Origin: Candidatus Sulfomarinibacteraceae bacterium
Lineage (GTDB): Bacteria > Acidobacteriota > Thermoanaerobaculia > Thermoanaerobaculales > Sulfomarinibacteraceae
Length of the DNA stretch: 64,000 nt
Reading direction: 5' to 3'
Assembly: GCA_963796455.1 (NCBI GenBank)
Contig: CAWCLO010000004.1
Span: 1,024,001 to 1,088,000 of the forward strand
Of the stretch, positions 1 to 9,018 are shown one piece after another (the stretch's first letter is position 1; every line of letters begins with the position of its first letter). The notes beneath the pieces are model-generated. The model was not told the DNA's origin, searched no databases, and saw nothing but the letters and a program-made list of their open reading frames with translations. The translations under genes and the position numbers were made by a program.

Positions 1-1473
1 CGCCTGGAACCACGGCCGATCGGCATAAGAATGACCGATTCCCGATCCACCTGGAAGCTCACGATCTCCGACCAATTCACGATTGATCACGAACGCGATC
101 ATTGTCCCGGAGATATCGACCATGTAGATCAATTCCAGATATGGGCACTCCTCCGCCAACTCCTCGAGAAGTCCTTCTACCGCCTCGAGATTGCCGGTGT
201 AGTCCTGAAGCTTGTCCGTCCATTTGAAGAGTTGATGTTTGAGTGAATGCTGCGAGTCGATTCGGAAACTCTGGGTCAGGAGTTGGATGGAAAGCGCGAG
301 TTGATTGAGTTTGTCTGCGGCGCCCGTATAGCTCGAAAGGCCCTCGGCAATCCTCTGAACAACCTCACTCACCTCACGAAGGGTCTCGACGACCTGGTCC
401 GAGGCGTTTCGTTGCTCCCGGGTGGCCAGGGAAATCTCACGCGCCGCCTGCGCAGTTGCACCGAGGGCGCCGCGGAGCTGGCCGATGGATTGTTCGGCCG
501 AGTGGCTCTGTTCGAGGACCTGCTGGGCCGCCTTGGTGCCTCCTTCAGTTGCCACCACGACCCCACGAATGGAGCCGGAGAATTCATCGAGGTGCGACCG
601 CACCGAATCGACGGATTCCCGCGAACGTTCCGCGAGCCTTCTTACCTCCTCGGCGACGACCGAGAATCTTTCGCCGTATTCACCCGCCGCAGAGGCTTCG
701 ATAGCGGCGTTGAGGGCGAGAATGTGGGTCTCCTGGGCAATTTCGGTGATCAGATCGAGAATGCGGTAGATCTCGCGAGACCGACTGCCGAGGGCATCAG
801 CGCGACCAGAAATCGCTTCCACGTGCTGGCGAACGGCCTCAACCCCGGAAACTGCCGCTTCGACCGAAGCAACGCCCGCATCCACCGCATCCTGGGCCTC
901 GGTGGCGAGCTCGGCCTGGCTGGCGGCACTGGTGGCGATTTGTCTGGCTGTCCGTGCGAGTTCTTCGGTCGTTGCCGTGATTTGTACCACCGCGGCGGCC
1001 TGTTGGCTCGACGCCGACGCGAGTTCGGATGAGGTCCGCTGGACGGTGCCGGCTGCGGTGGCGACATCAACCGAAGAACTCTGGATCTGTTGGATGAGGG
1101 CGGCCAGTGTGCGGCTCGCCGCGGTGATCTTGTCATGAAGACCCTTCGCAAGGGGGCTGTCCGGGTCGGCCACGGCAACCATGTCGCCGTATCTGAGCTG
1201 GGTCAGCATTTCTTCCAGGGCAACCCTCTGCTTCGCGCAGCTTTTCCGCAGTCGGCGCAGCTCTCGAGCCCGGCGTGTCGCCGGAATGTGAACAAGCATG
1301 ACGTATCCGACCGTGGCCAACAATCCGATAACCATGAAGGCCCTGACGTACCATTCCTTTCCCGATTCGTCGGCGGCTGCTTCCAGAAACGCCCCGGCCG
1401 TGAGAACGACCAACACCACGATCACCGGACCCAACCAGCGTTGGATTCCGGGTTCTGCTCTTCCTTCAGACAT
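1..1473 (-). CDS. Methyl-accepting chemotaxis protein, 3'-partial (runs off the window start)
   Basis: Not in the ORF track; translated by hand from ATG at 1473. Two N-terminal hydrophobic segments, MCP signature LITEIAQETHILALNAAIEASAAGEYGERFSVVAEEVRRLAERS, frame open to position 1. Confidence 0.9.
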   Translation of the reverse strand, partial: MSEGRAEPGIQRWLGPVIVVLVVLTAGAFLEAAADESGKEWYVRAFMVIGLLATVGYVMLVHIPATRRARELRRLRKSCAKQRVALEEMLTQLRYGDMVAVADPDSPLAKGLHDKITAASRTLAALIQQIQSSSVDVATAAGTVQRTSSELASASSQQAAAVVQITATTEELARTARQIATSAASQAELATEAQDAVDAGVASVEAAVSGVEAVRQHVEAISGRADALGSRSREIYRILDLITEIAQETHILALNAAIEASAAGEYGERFSVVAEEVRRLAERSRESVDSVRSHLDEFSGSIRGVVVATEGGTKAAQQVLEQSHSAEQSIGQLRGALGATAQAAREISLATREQRNASDQVVETLREVSEVVQRIAEGLSSYTGAADKLNQLALSIQLLTQSFRIDSQHSLKHQLFKWTDKLQDYTGNLEAVEGLLEELAEECPYLELIYMVDISGTMIAFVINRELVGDRELPGGSGIGHSYADRPWFQA

Positions 1474-1933
1474 CGGTTGATTCCTCCGCTCGACCCCAGT
1501 CTTCCGCAAAAAGCACGTCAGGATTCAAGAGCTTGACATCGATTCCATCGGCGTGCACGGATCCCTGCACCAGGGTGCCCGTTTTGCGGGTCGCATCACT
1601 TGCCGGGATCGCCGTCACCCGGATCGCCTCGTCGACGCCGATTCCCAGAATCGATCGAAGGTTCGGGCGCTTTCCATCCACAATGACCGTGGCCCGGTGG
1701 TTGCCCCTGGGGGCCTCTCCGGTCACCAACGCAAAAAGATCGACCACCGCCAGCGGCTCGCCGCCGAATTGCGCCAACCCGAGAAGATGTGGTTGGCATC
1801 CTGGCAGCGGATGGCAGGTAAGATCTCGAGCCACCCGGCGAACCCGATCAGCTGGAAATGCGCAGTGCAACCCACCGGATCGCATCAGCAAATATCGCCG
1901 ATGTCCCGTGACGTGAGGTGTTTTCCGATCCAT
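1466..1933 (-). CDS. cheW: CheW-like chemotaxis coupling protein
   Basis: PLPGCQPHLLGLAQFGGEPLAVVDL and ILGIGVDEAIRV match CheW patterns; overlaps the MCP start. Confidence 0.75.
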   Translation of the reverse strand: MDRKTPHVTGHRRYLLMRSGGLHCAFPADRVRRVARDLTCHPLPGCQPHLLGLAQFGGEPLAVVDLFALVTGEAPRGNHRATVIVDGKRPNLRSILGIGVDEAIRVTAIPASDATRKTGTLVQGSVHADGIDVKLLNPDVLFAEDWGRAEESTDV

Positions 1934-1946
1934 TCCGATCAGGATA

Positions 1947-2807
1947 TCACCGTACTTCAGACTGCGTGGTTGCGGGCTCGACGGAAGACCAATCCAGCTC
2001 GGATCCCCGCATGCTGTGGGGAACCAGAAAGACGCCCATCATCACGATCCAGCCGATGACGACAACGGCACGGGTCTTCATCCCCCGGGCTGCCGCCACG
2101 GCCGCAGGCAACCAGGCGATAAAGGCGATGAGGGTCTTGTTGTCGGTCAGGTCATGCCCCATCGGCCAACCCGTCCAATAGGCCCCGAAAGCGAATTTTT
2201 GCACGATAGGGCCGAGGATCAGGCCACCAACAATCAAAAAACCCATTGCAACAAGCACCAATCCGCGACCGCGCGGTTGATCGGGGCGAAGCACCTCGAA
2301 AAGGGCCCGGGTCGAGACCAACATGCTTGAAAACATCGCCAGAATGTGAGGGATCAGGATTCCCGCCGGCACGCTCCCGCGGTATCGCGCCACCACCGTT
2401 TCGGTGGCCGGAATGAGAGATGGTGTCCCCTCCGAATTCTCGCGAATGCGGTACTCGACCTTGCCCGCTGCGGGTTGTTGCGGTATCGAGGCTTCCAGCA
2501 GATCGTCCCCAGAGTCGGTCATTGGAATGATCGAGAATTCTTCGTCGGTCGGCCAGCGCCTCCATTCGAGACTCAATGACTGATCGGCGGCCGGCTTGGG
2601 CAGGGTTACCCGAAGGGTGCCTCGACCCTCATCGGATCGCGGCAAGCGGAAGGTGATGACCTCCCCTGTCGACAAACTGGCCTCCCCCCGCAAGGGATAG
2701 CTCGGCCCGGTCATTCGTTGAAATAGCGCCAACAGGACCGTGACGACAAAGGCGGCAGCCCACAACGCGGCGGATATTTTTCTGCTTCCCATGATGAGCG
2801 GGCTCAA
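1947..2807 (-). CDS. Hypothetical membrane protein
   Basis: 286 aa ORF with several hydrophobic helices around a soluble loop; overlaps the upstream gene's stop. Start may be ATG 2792. Confidence 0.75.
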   Translation of the reverse strand: MSPLIMGSRKISAALWAAAFVVTVLLALFQRMTGPSYPLRGEASLSTGEVITFRLPRSDEGRGTLRVTLPKPAADQSLSLEWRRWPTDEEFSIIPMTDSGDDLLEASIPQQPAAGKVEYRIRENSEGTPSLIPATETVVARYRGSVPAGILIPHILAMFSSMLVSTRALFEVLRPDQPRGRGLVLVAMGFLIVGGLILGPIVQKFAFGAYWTGWPMGHDLTDNKTLIAFIAWLPAAVAAARGMKTRAVVVIGWIVMMGVFLVPHSMRGSELDWSSVEPATTQSEVR

Positions 2808-4126
2808 TCCTTTCCGACCACGCCGGCTACCATCTCCTCGATCACACCTGGATCGACTTCTTCGAGTTCGTAGCTGACGTTTGCGATCGGCTTGTTCACA
2901 GTGATGATTCTCTTCAGATCAATGGGAGTTCCTTCGACGACCACATCCGCATCAACTGCGTTGATCGTTTCCTGGAGATCGGCGACCTGCTGGTCGCCAT
3001 ATCCCATCGCCGGCAGAATTCGGGCTGCATTCGGAAATTTCTCATAGGTCGCCAGGATCGACCCGACAGCGTGGGGACGGGCGTCGATGATCTCCGCGGC
3101 GCCGGCCTGTTTGGCGGCAAACCAACCGGCTCCGTACTCCATGCCGCCGTGGGTCAGGGTCGGACCGTCTTCCACCACCAGCGCCCGCTTTCCTTTGATG
3201 AGTTCCGGCTCGTCCACCGTGATCACCGATCGGCATTTGATCACTCGCGCGTCAGGGTTCGTCTCACGGCAGGTATCAAATACCTGCTCGACCTTGACCG
3301 GATCGGCGGTGTCGACCTTGTTGACGATCAACAGATGAGAAATCCGCAAATTGGTCTCGCCGGGATAATAGCTGAGCTCATGGCCGGCGCGGTGGGGGTC
3401 CACCAGCGTGATATGGAGATCGGGCCGGTAGAAGGGCGTATCGTTGTTGCCGCCATCCCACAAAATGACGTCGGCCTCTTTTTCGGCCTCTCGGACGATT
3501 TTTTCGTAGTCGACGCCTGCGTACACCACAAAACCATTGTCGATGTGCGGTTCGTACTCTTCTCGTTCTTCAATGGTGCACTGGTGGCGATCGAGGTCTT
3601 CATAGTTCTCGAATCGTTGACAGGCCTGTTTGGCAAGATCGCCGTAAGGCATGGGATGGCGGATCGCGACAACCTTCTGACCCATCGCCTTGAGGAGGCG
3701 TGACACATAACGTGTGGTTTGAGATTTCCCGACACCGGTTCGAACTGCAGTGATCGCGATGACCGGCTTGGTCGACTCGATCATGGTTTTGGTAGCCGAA
3801 CAGATACCGAAGTGGGGGCCCCAACCGATGACTTCACTGCCCTTGTTCATCACATAGGTGTGGGGAACGTCGGAGTATGAAAACCACACCTCATCCACAT
3901 TGTTTTCTTTGATCACTTTCTCGAGATCACTTTCCGGGAGGATCGGAATGCCGGTGGGATAGAGCGATCCTGCCAGCACCGTCGGATAGACACGATCCTC
4001 GATATCGGGGATCTGGGTGGCAGTGAAGGCCACCACATCGTAGTCCTCGTTGTCGCGGAAGAGACAGTTGAAATTGTGAAAATCGCGGCCGGCCGCACCC
4101 ATGATCACGACCTTGGTTCGAGCCAT
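2804..4126 (-). CDS. COG2403 P-loop protein (cyclic 2,3-diphosphoglycerate synthetase-like GTPase; possible arginine synthetase)
   Basis: MGAAGRDFHNFN N-terminus, AVRTGVGKSQT Walker A, RHPMPYGDL, WDGGNND, EDGPTLTHG; RBS CAGGAG before ATG 4126. Confidence 0.8.
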   Translation of the reverse strand: MARTKVVIMGAAGRDFHNFNCLFRDNEDYDVVAFTATQIPDIEDRVYPTVLAGSLYPTGIPILPESDLEKVIKENNVDEVWFSYSDVPHTYVMNKGSEVIGWGPHFGICSATKTMIESTKPVIAITAVRTGVGKSQTTRYVSRLLKAMGQKVVAIRHPMPYGDLAKQACQRFENYEDLDRHQCTIEEREEYEPHIDNGFVVYAGVDYEKIVREAEKEADVILWDGGNNDTPFYRPDLHITLVDPHRAGHELSYYPGETNLRISHLLIVNKVDTADPVKVEQVFDTCRETNPDARVIKCRSVITVDEPELIKGKRALVVEDGPTLTHGGMEYGAGWFAAKQAGAAEIIDARPHAVGSILATYEKFPNAARILPAMGYGDQQVADLQETINAVDADVVVEGTPIDLKRIITVNKPIANVSYELEEVDPGVIEEMVAGVVGKD

Positions 4127-4211
4127 GCTGAATTCTCCTGAATGGCTCATCTGGGATTGATTCATCCCGAGAGCCGAACCGCCGGGTAAAGCTGAACCGG
4201 TGGCGGCGAAA

Positions 4212-4220
4212 ATTCTACCA
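4212..4220 (-). promoter_or_regulatory. Possible extended -10 promoter (TGGTAGAAT)
   Basis: TGn-TAGAAT about 85 nt upstream of the 4126 start codon. Confidence 0.3.
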
Positions 4221-4235
4221 CCACAAGTCGCAGCA

Positions 4236-4366
4236 ATCCGGAATTCGGAGTTCGGAATTCGGAGTTCCGGCATCGGATCCGAGTAGATCAGCCGATATGG
4301 AACAGCCGGGACGGAATTCACGTGGGGACTCCGAACCCAGAAATCCGAATTCAGAACTCGAAAATC
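4236..4366. repeat. Inverted pair of degenerate heptamer arrays (TTCGGAR / YTCCGAA), family D
   Basis: gaattcggagttcggaattcggagttccg (~4241-4270) faces ctccgaacccagaaatccgaattcagaactcgaaaatc (~4329-4366). Confidence 0.8.
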
Positions 4367-5897
4367 ACTCCCATTCGATGGTGCCCGGCGGCTTCGATGT
4401 GACGTCGTAAACAACGCGATTGATTCCCGCGACTTCGTTGACGACCCTCCGGGCGATCCGATCGAGAACCTCAGGCGGAAAACGGTACCAATCGGCGGTC
4501 ATGAAATCAGTCGTGGTAACCGCACGCACTGCGACCACGTTTTCGTAGGTTCGGGAGTCCCCCATCACGCCGACGCTTTTGATCGGAAGAAGGACGGACA
4601 GGGCCTGCGAGATCTCGTCGTAAAGCCCGGCGGCTCTGATCTCCTCGATGACGATGGCGTCCGCTTCCTGGAGAATGGCAACCCGAACCGGATCAACCGC
4701 GCCGAGGATCCTGACCGCCAGACCGGGGCCTGGAAAAGGGTGACGCCAGACAAAGTCGTGCGGCAGACCGAGTTCCTCCCCAACTCTTCGAACCTCATCT
4801 TTGAAGAGATCCCGCAGCGGCTCCACGAGATCCAGACCCAGCCGTTCCGGCAGACCGCCGACGTTGTGGTGTGTCTTGATGACCGCAGCCGTTCCGAGAA
4901 CCCCGGAGGATTCGATCACATCCGGGTACAGGGTTCCCTGAGCCAGGTAGCGGGCGTCGCTGAAACGTGCGGCCTCGAATTGGAAGACCTCGACGAACTC
5001 CCGCCCGATGATTTTGCGTTTTTGCTCCGGGTCGCCGACGCCGTCGAGGGCGGAAAAAAACCTTTCCGCGGCATCGATTCGATCGAGTTCGAATCCAAAG
5101 TCCCGAAATCGCTCGGAAACCGTATCCCCTTCGTTCTTTCGCAGCAGACCGGTATCGACAAAAATCGGAATCACCCGATCACCGATCGCCTCTCGCAACA
5201 ACATGGCCGTCACCGAAGAGTCAACGCCACCGGAAACGCCGCAGATCACCCTTCCTTCAGGAATATTTGCCTTCAGATCCGCGACCAATTCGTGCCGGAT
5301 CGCTTCCGGGTTCCAGTCACGCCGGGCTCCCGCCAGGGTGATGAAATGTTCGAGCATGGTCGTTCCGTGCGGGGTGTGACGAACCTCAGGGTGGAATTGC
5401 AGCCCGATAAACCGACGCTTCGGATCATGGGTCGCCGCGATCTCGGTGGTTGATGTCCTGGCAAGGACCTCAAAACCGTCCGGGAGTCGCTTGACGAGAT
5501 CGCCGTGACTCATCCAAACGGGTTGCCTCGCAGGCGTGGCGTCGAATACGGCGCTCGGGTCCACAACCTCGAGGTCGGCCAACCCGTACTCCCGGTGATC
5601 CGACGAACGGACCTCTCCACCGAGGTCTCTCGCCATCAGGTGGAGCCCGTAACAGATTCCCAGGACCGGCACACCCATTTTGAATACGGTCGGGTCCACC
5701 TGAAGTGCGCCACTTTCAAAAACACTGGCTGGCCCACCGGAAAGTACGATGGCGATCGGGTTCTCCTGCAAGATCTCTGATGCACCGAGATCTCCACGAG
5801 CGACGACGGTCTTGACACCGAGTTCGCGGAGCCGACGCGCGATCAGCTGCGTGTACTGAGAACCGAAATCGAGGATGAGAATGATTTCGTGCTGCAT
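4365..5897 (-). CDS. guaA: GMP synthase (glutamine-hydrolysing)
   Basis: LDFGSQYTQLIARR, GICYG, SHGD, QFHPEV, SGGVDSSV, IKTHHNVGGLP, C-terminal SKPPGTIEWE; ATG 5897 with GGAG RBS. Confidence 0.98.
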   Translation of the reverse strand: MQHEIILILDFGSQYTQLIARRLRELGVKTVVARGDLGASEILQENPIAIVLSGGPASVFESGALQVDPTVFKMGVPVLGICYGLHLMARDLGGEVRSSDHREYGLADLEVVDPSAVFDATPARQPVWMSHGDLVKRLPDGFEVLARTSTTEIAATHDPKRRFIGLQFHPEVRHTPHGTTMLEHFITLAGARRDWNPEAIRHELVADLKANIPEGRVICGVSGGVDSSVTAMLLREAIGDRVIPIFVDTGLLRKNEGDTVSERFRDFGFELDRIDAAERFFSALDGVGDPEQKRKIIGREFVEVFQFEAARFSDARYLAQGTLYPDVIESSGVLGTAAVIKTHHNVGGLPERLGLDLVEPLRDLFKDEVRRVGEELGLPHDFVWRHPFPGPGLAVRILGAVDPVRVAILQEADAIVIEEIRAAGLYDEISQALSVLLPIKSVGVMGDSRTYENVVAVRAVTTTDFMTADWYRFPPEVLDRIARRVVNEVAGINRVVYDVTSKPPGTIEWE

Positions 5898-5960
5898 GAA
5901 TGCTCCAGGTAGAGGCTCGAACCGCCAGACTGATGAAGCGGAGAATAACAGAAGAACGGT

Positions 5961-6060
5961 ATTTGGGATTTCGAAATTCGGATTTCGGAATTTCCTGGTT
6001 CGGCCCATCTTATCTGCCGCGGCTCATCAATTCGAAATCCGAAATCCCAATTCCGAAATC
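5961..6060. repeat. Inverted pair of heptamer arrays (GATTTCG / CGAAATC), family D
   Basis: atttgggatttcgaaattcggatttcggaatttc (5961-5994) and aattcgaaatccgaaatcccaattccgaaatc (6029-6060) are approximate reverse complements. Confidence 0.85.
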
Positions 6061-6191
6061 GGCCGCGTCCTTGCGGCCCGACGGTAACCGGATGGCTCCC
6101 GTATGTATAAAAGCTGTCAAGCTGCAGGTGCGGGCGACCCGGTCCGTGTGATGATGGTTCGAGGGCGGCGTTCGAGAGAGGAACAAACTGT

Positions 6192-6647
6192 ATGTACGGT
6201 TGGATACGCTCCGTCACCCCCGATCTTTTCCTCGCCGCCCTGGTTGCCCTGCTGATCACCCTGGCTCTGCACAAGATGGAGGGCTACGAAAAAAAACGCA
6301 TTGCGGCCGAAACCTACGAGGCATCGGAGGGCGGTTTGACCTTCGACGAAGCCATTCAAGTTGTCGGTGACTCGATCCGGCGGTCCACCCGTTTTTATAT
6401 ACCGTTGTTGATCGTTCTCGGTGGCGCTGGAGTCGGGCTGGCCTGCCGGCACCGCCGATGGGCTTGGTTGACCACCGGGCTCGCCATCATTCCGGCGATC
6501 CTGACCGGGGTCAGCTTTTACCTCGACACACCTGCCTCAGGTGGCGCTCTGACACTGACATATCTCCTGCTGGCGGCATTTGTCGCCACCTCGATGGTGG
6601 CCGCCCGCAGCCGATTCGAACCTGTGAAGATTTCACTCGAAGACTGA
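6192..6647 (+). CDS. Hypothetical membrane protein
   Basis: 151 aa, about four hydrophobic segments, GAGG RBS upstream. Confidence 0.7.
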   Translation: MYGWIRSVTPDLFLAALVALLITLALHKMEGYEKKRIAAETYEASEGGLTFDEAIQVVGDSIRRSTRFYIPLLIVLGGAGVGLACRHRRWAWLTTGLAIIPAILTGVSFYLDTPASGGALTLTYLLLAAFVATSMVAARSRFEPVKISLED

Positions 6648-6690
6648 GATTTCGCCCCTTCACCGGGTCGATCCTGCGCCCCCTTTCGAT

Positions 6691-6719
6691 TTGACCTCCC
6701 CAGACAGCACGGCTAGGAT
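6691..6719 (+). promoter_or_regulatory. Putative sigma70 promoter of the nuo operon
   Basis: TTGACC-17 nt-TAGGAT, 36 nt upstream of the nuoA ATG. Confidence 0.5.
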
Positions 6720-6755
6720 GCGCACAGCAATAGAGAGTCAATTTAGGGGATTGTC

Positions 6756-7169
6756 ATGGCCCTTCAATTTCTGCCGGTGCTGATCACGCTCGCCGCCGCG
6801 ATTGCATTCGCTGTGGTGCTCATCGGTGCGGCGAAACTCTTCGGTCAGCGAACTCGCCACCACGCACCGGCAAAAAACGAGAGCTACGAAACCGGTATGC
6901 CGATCCTCGATTCCGCATTCAAACGAATATCCGTCCGCTTCTATCTCGTTGCTCTGGTTTTCGTCGTGCTCGACGTTGAGGTCGCATTTCTCTACCCATG
7001 GGCCATCAACTATCGTGATCTCGTCAGCAACGGATCGATGGCGGTCTACTGGGAGATGGTCGCTTTTCTGGCCCTTCTCGCACTCGCCTACGCCTATCTC
7101 TGGCGCAAGGGGATCTTCGATTGGGGCCGCCGAAGACTGCCGCAGGTCGACGAGCGCCAGAACCCATGA
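6756..7169 (+). CDS. nuoA: NADH-quinone oxidoreductase subunit A
   Basis: KNESYETG, ISVRFYLVALVFVVLDVEVAFLYPWA, YLWRKGIFDW. Confidence 0.95.
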   Translation: MALQFLPVLITLAAAIAFAVVLIGAAKLFGQRTRHHAPAKNESYETGMPILDSAFKRISVRFYLVALVFVVLDVEVAFLYPWAINYRDLVSNGSMAVYWEMVAFLALLALAYAYLWRKGIFDWGRRRLPQVDERQNP

Positions 7170-7696
7170 CCCGTCTCGCCACCCGTCCGATTGCTGTCGC
7201 CTCGTCCGAAGAGGTTTGCAATGTCCGTTTTGGCGACTCGATGGATCGTCAGATCGACGAGATCCTCGACCGCTATCCAACCAAGGGCGCCGCGCTGCTC
7301 CCGGTGCTCTGGCTTTGTCAGGAGCGGTGGGGCTGGATCTCGCCGGGCATGATGGAGGCGGTTGCCAAGCGTCTCGACCTGGCGCCCGCTTTTGTCGAAG
7401 GCGTTGCGAGTTTCTACACCATGTACCATCTCCGGCCTCCCGGTCGGCATGTGCTCCAGGTCTGCACAACTCTGTCCTGCCAACTCTGCGGCGCGGCATC
7501 ATTGGTTGATCACCTGAAAGAAAAACTCGCGATCGATTTCGGCGAAACCACCCCGGATGGCGCCTTCACCCTGGTCGACGTCCAGTGCCTCGGCGCGTGC
7601 GGAGAAGCACCGGTCATACAGATCAACGACGATTACTACACGGACTTGAATCGGGAGCGTCTGAACGAGATCCTCGACGAGTTGGCAGCCTCGTGA
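7166..7696 (+). CDS. nuoE: NADH-quinone oxidoreductase subunit E
   Basis: VASFYTMY, CTTLSC...CLGAC 2Fe-2S motif; ATGA overlap with nuoA. Confidence 0.95.
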   Translation: MTRLATRPIAVASSEEVCNVRFGDSMDRQIDEILDRYPTKGAALLPVLWLCQERWGWISPGMMEAVAKRLDLAPAFVEGVASFYTMYHLRPPGRHVLQVCTTLSCQLCGAASLVDHLKEKLAIDFGETTPDGAFTLVDVQCLGACGEAPVIQINDDYYTDLNRERLNEILDELAAS

Positions 7697-9018
7697 GCGA
7701 AGAACTGCTCCTCCGGGCGAAAAGCGTCAAGAATTCTCGCGACCTCTCGACATATCTCGATCGAGGCGGTTATCGAGCTCTCAAAAAATGCCTCTCGATG
7801 GATCCCTCGCAAGTGATCGAAGAGGTCAAGAAATCGGGGGTTCGGGGCCGCGGCGGCGCGGGCTTTCCGGCCGGTGTCAAATGGGGATTCGTTCCCAAGG
7901 ACTCGGCGAAGCCGAAGTACATGATCTGCAACGCCGACGAATCGGAACCGGGGACGTTCAAGGATCGCGAGTTGATCTTGATCGATCCTCACCTCGTCCT
8001 CGAAGGCATCGCCATCGCCTCCTACGCGATCGGCGCCAACGTTTCCTACATCTACATCCGCGGCGAATTTGTCCGCGAGGCCGAGATTCTCGAGAATGCA
8101 ATCAAAGAGGCGCGCGACAAGAAGCACATCGGCCAGAACATCGGTTCTTCGGGATACGACCTCCAGATATACGTTCACCGTGGCGCCGGAGCTTACATCT
8201 GTGGTGAAGAGACCGCTCTCATTGAGTCGCTTGAAGGGAAACGGGGCCTCCCTCGGCTGAAACCCCCTTTCCCGGCGGTGGTCGGGCTCTTCGGCTGCCC
8301 GACAGTGGTCAATAACGTGGAGACTCTTGCGTGCGTGCCGCATATCATGAATCAGGGCGGCGATTGGTTCGCACGCATCGGGACCGAACGCAGCACCGGG
8401 ACAAAACTCTTCTCCGTCTCGGGTCACGTCGAACGCCCCGGGGTCTACGAGGCTCCCATGGGGACCTCATTCCGCACGATCTTCGAAGATCTCTGCGGCG
8501 GCATTCGTGGTGGAAAGAAGCTCAAGGCATTCATTCCGGGTGGGTCCTCAGCGCCGATCCTGCCGGCCGAAAAAATCGACACCAAAGCCGATTTCGAATC
8601 GGTCGCGGAGGCCGGGTCGATGCTGGGCTCAGGCGGCGTCATTGTCATGGACGAGACCGTCGACATGGTGTGGGCGCTCGAAAACCTGCTTGTCTTCTAC
8701 GCCCATGAGTCCTGCGGCCAGTGCACTCCCTGTCGCGAGGGATCCGATTGGGCGGTGGACATCGTTCGTCGGATTCGCTGCGGAAACGGCAGACCGGAGG
8801 ATCTCGAAACCCTGCACCGGATCTCCAGATTTGCCAGCCAGGGCATGACGATCTGTCCCCTTGGCGATGCATTTTGCGGACCGATCTCGAGCTTTCTCGA
8901 ACACTTCGGAACTGAGTTCACAGCCGCTATCGAAAGTGCGACGCCCCTTCCCCCACCCAGCCGGCCGATCCTTCCGGTCACTGTCGACCGCGGTCTATTC
9001 GGGATGGACGACGGATGA
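7693..9018 (+). CDS. nuoF: NADH-quinone oxidoreductase subunit F
   Basis: GRGGAGFPAGVKW, NADESEPGTFKDR, GAGAYICGEETAL, ESCGQCTPCREG; GTG start overlaps the nuoE stop. Confidence 0.97.
   Translation: MSEELLLRAKSVKNSRDLSTYLDRGGYRALKKCLSMDPSQVIEEVKKSGVRGRGGAGFPAGVKWGFVPKDSAKPKYMICNADESEPGTFKDRELILIDPHLVLEGIAIASYAIGANVSYIYIRGEFVREAEILENAIKEARDKKHIGQNIGSSGYDLQIYVHRGAGAYICGEETALIESLEGKRGLPRLKPPFPAVVGLFGCPTVVNNVETLACVPHIMNQGGDWFARIGTERSTGTKLFSVSGHVERPGVYEAPMGTSFRTIFEDLCGGIRGGKKLKAFIPGGSSAPILPAEKIDTKADFESVAEAGSMLGSGGVIVMDETVDMVWALENLLVFYAHESCGQCTPCREGSDWAVDIVRRIRCGNGRPEDLETLHRISRFASQGMTICPLGDAFCGPISSFLEHFGTEFTAAIESATPLPPPSRPILPVTVDRGLFGMDDG

Noticed and set aside
247..1032. 261-aa plus-strand ORF and other long antisense ORFs in the track
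   Set aside because: They are antisense shadows of well-supported genes (here the MCP), as expected in GC-rich DNA.
4127..4235. Riboswitch in the leader of the COG2403 gene
   Set aside because: A hairpin is present (GGCTC...GAGCC) but I recognise no aptamer consensus; an Rfam scan would be needed.
6621..6639. Rex operator upstream of nuoA (CTGTGAAGATTTCAC)
   Set aside because: The spacer is one base shorter than TTGTGAA-N4-TTCACAA and the site lies inside the upstream CDS.
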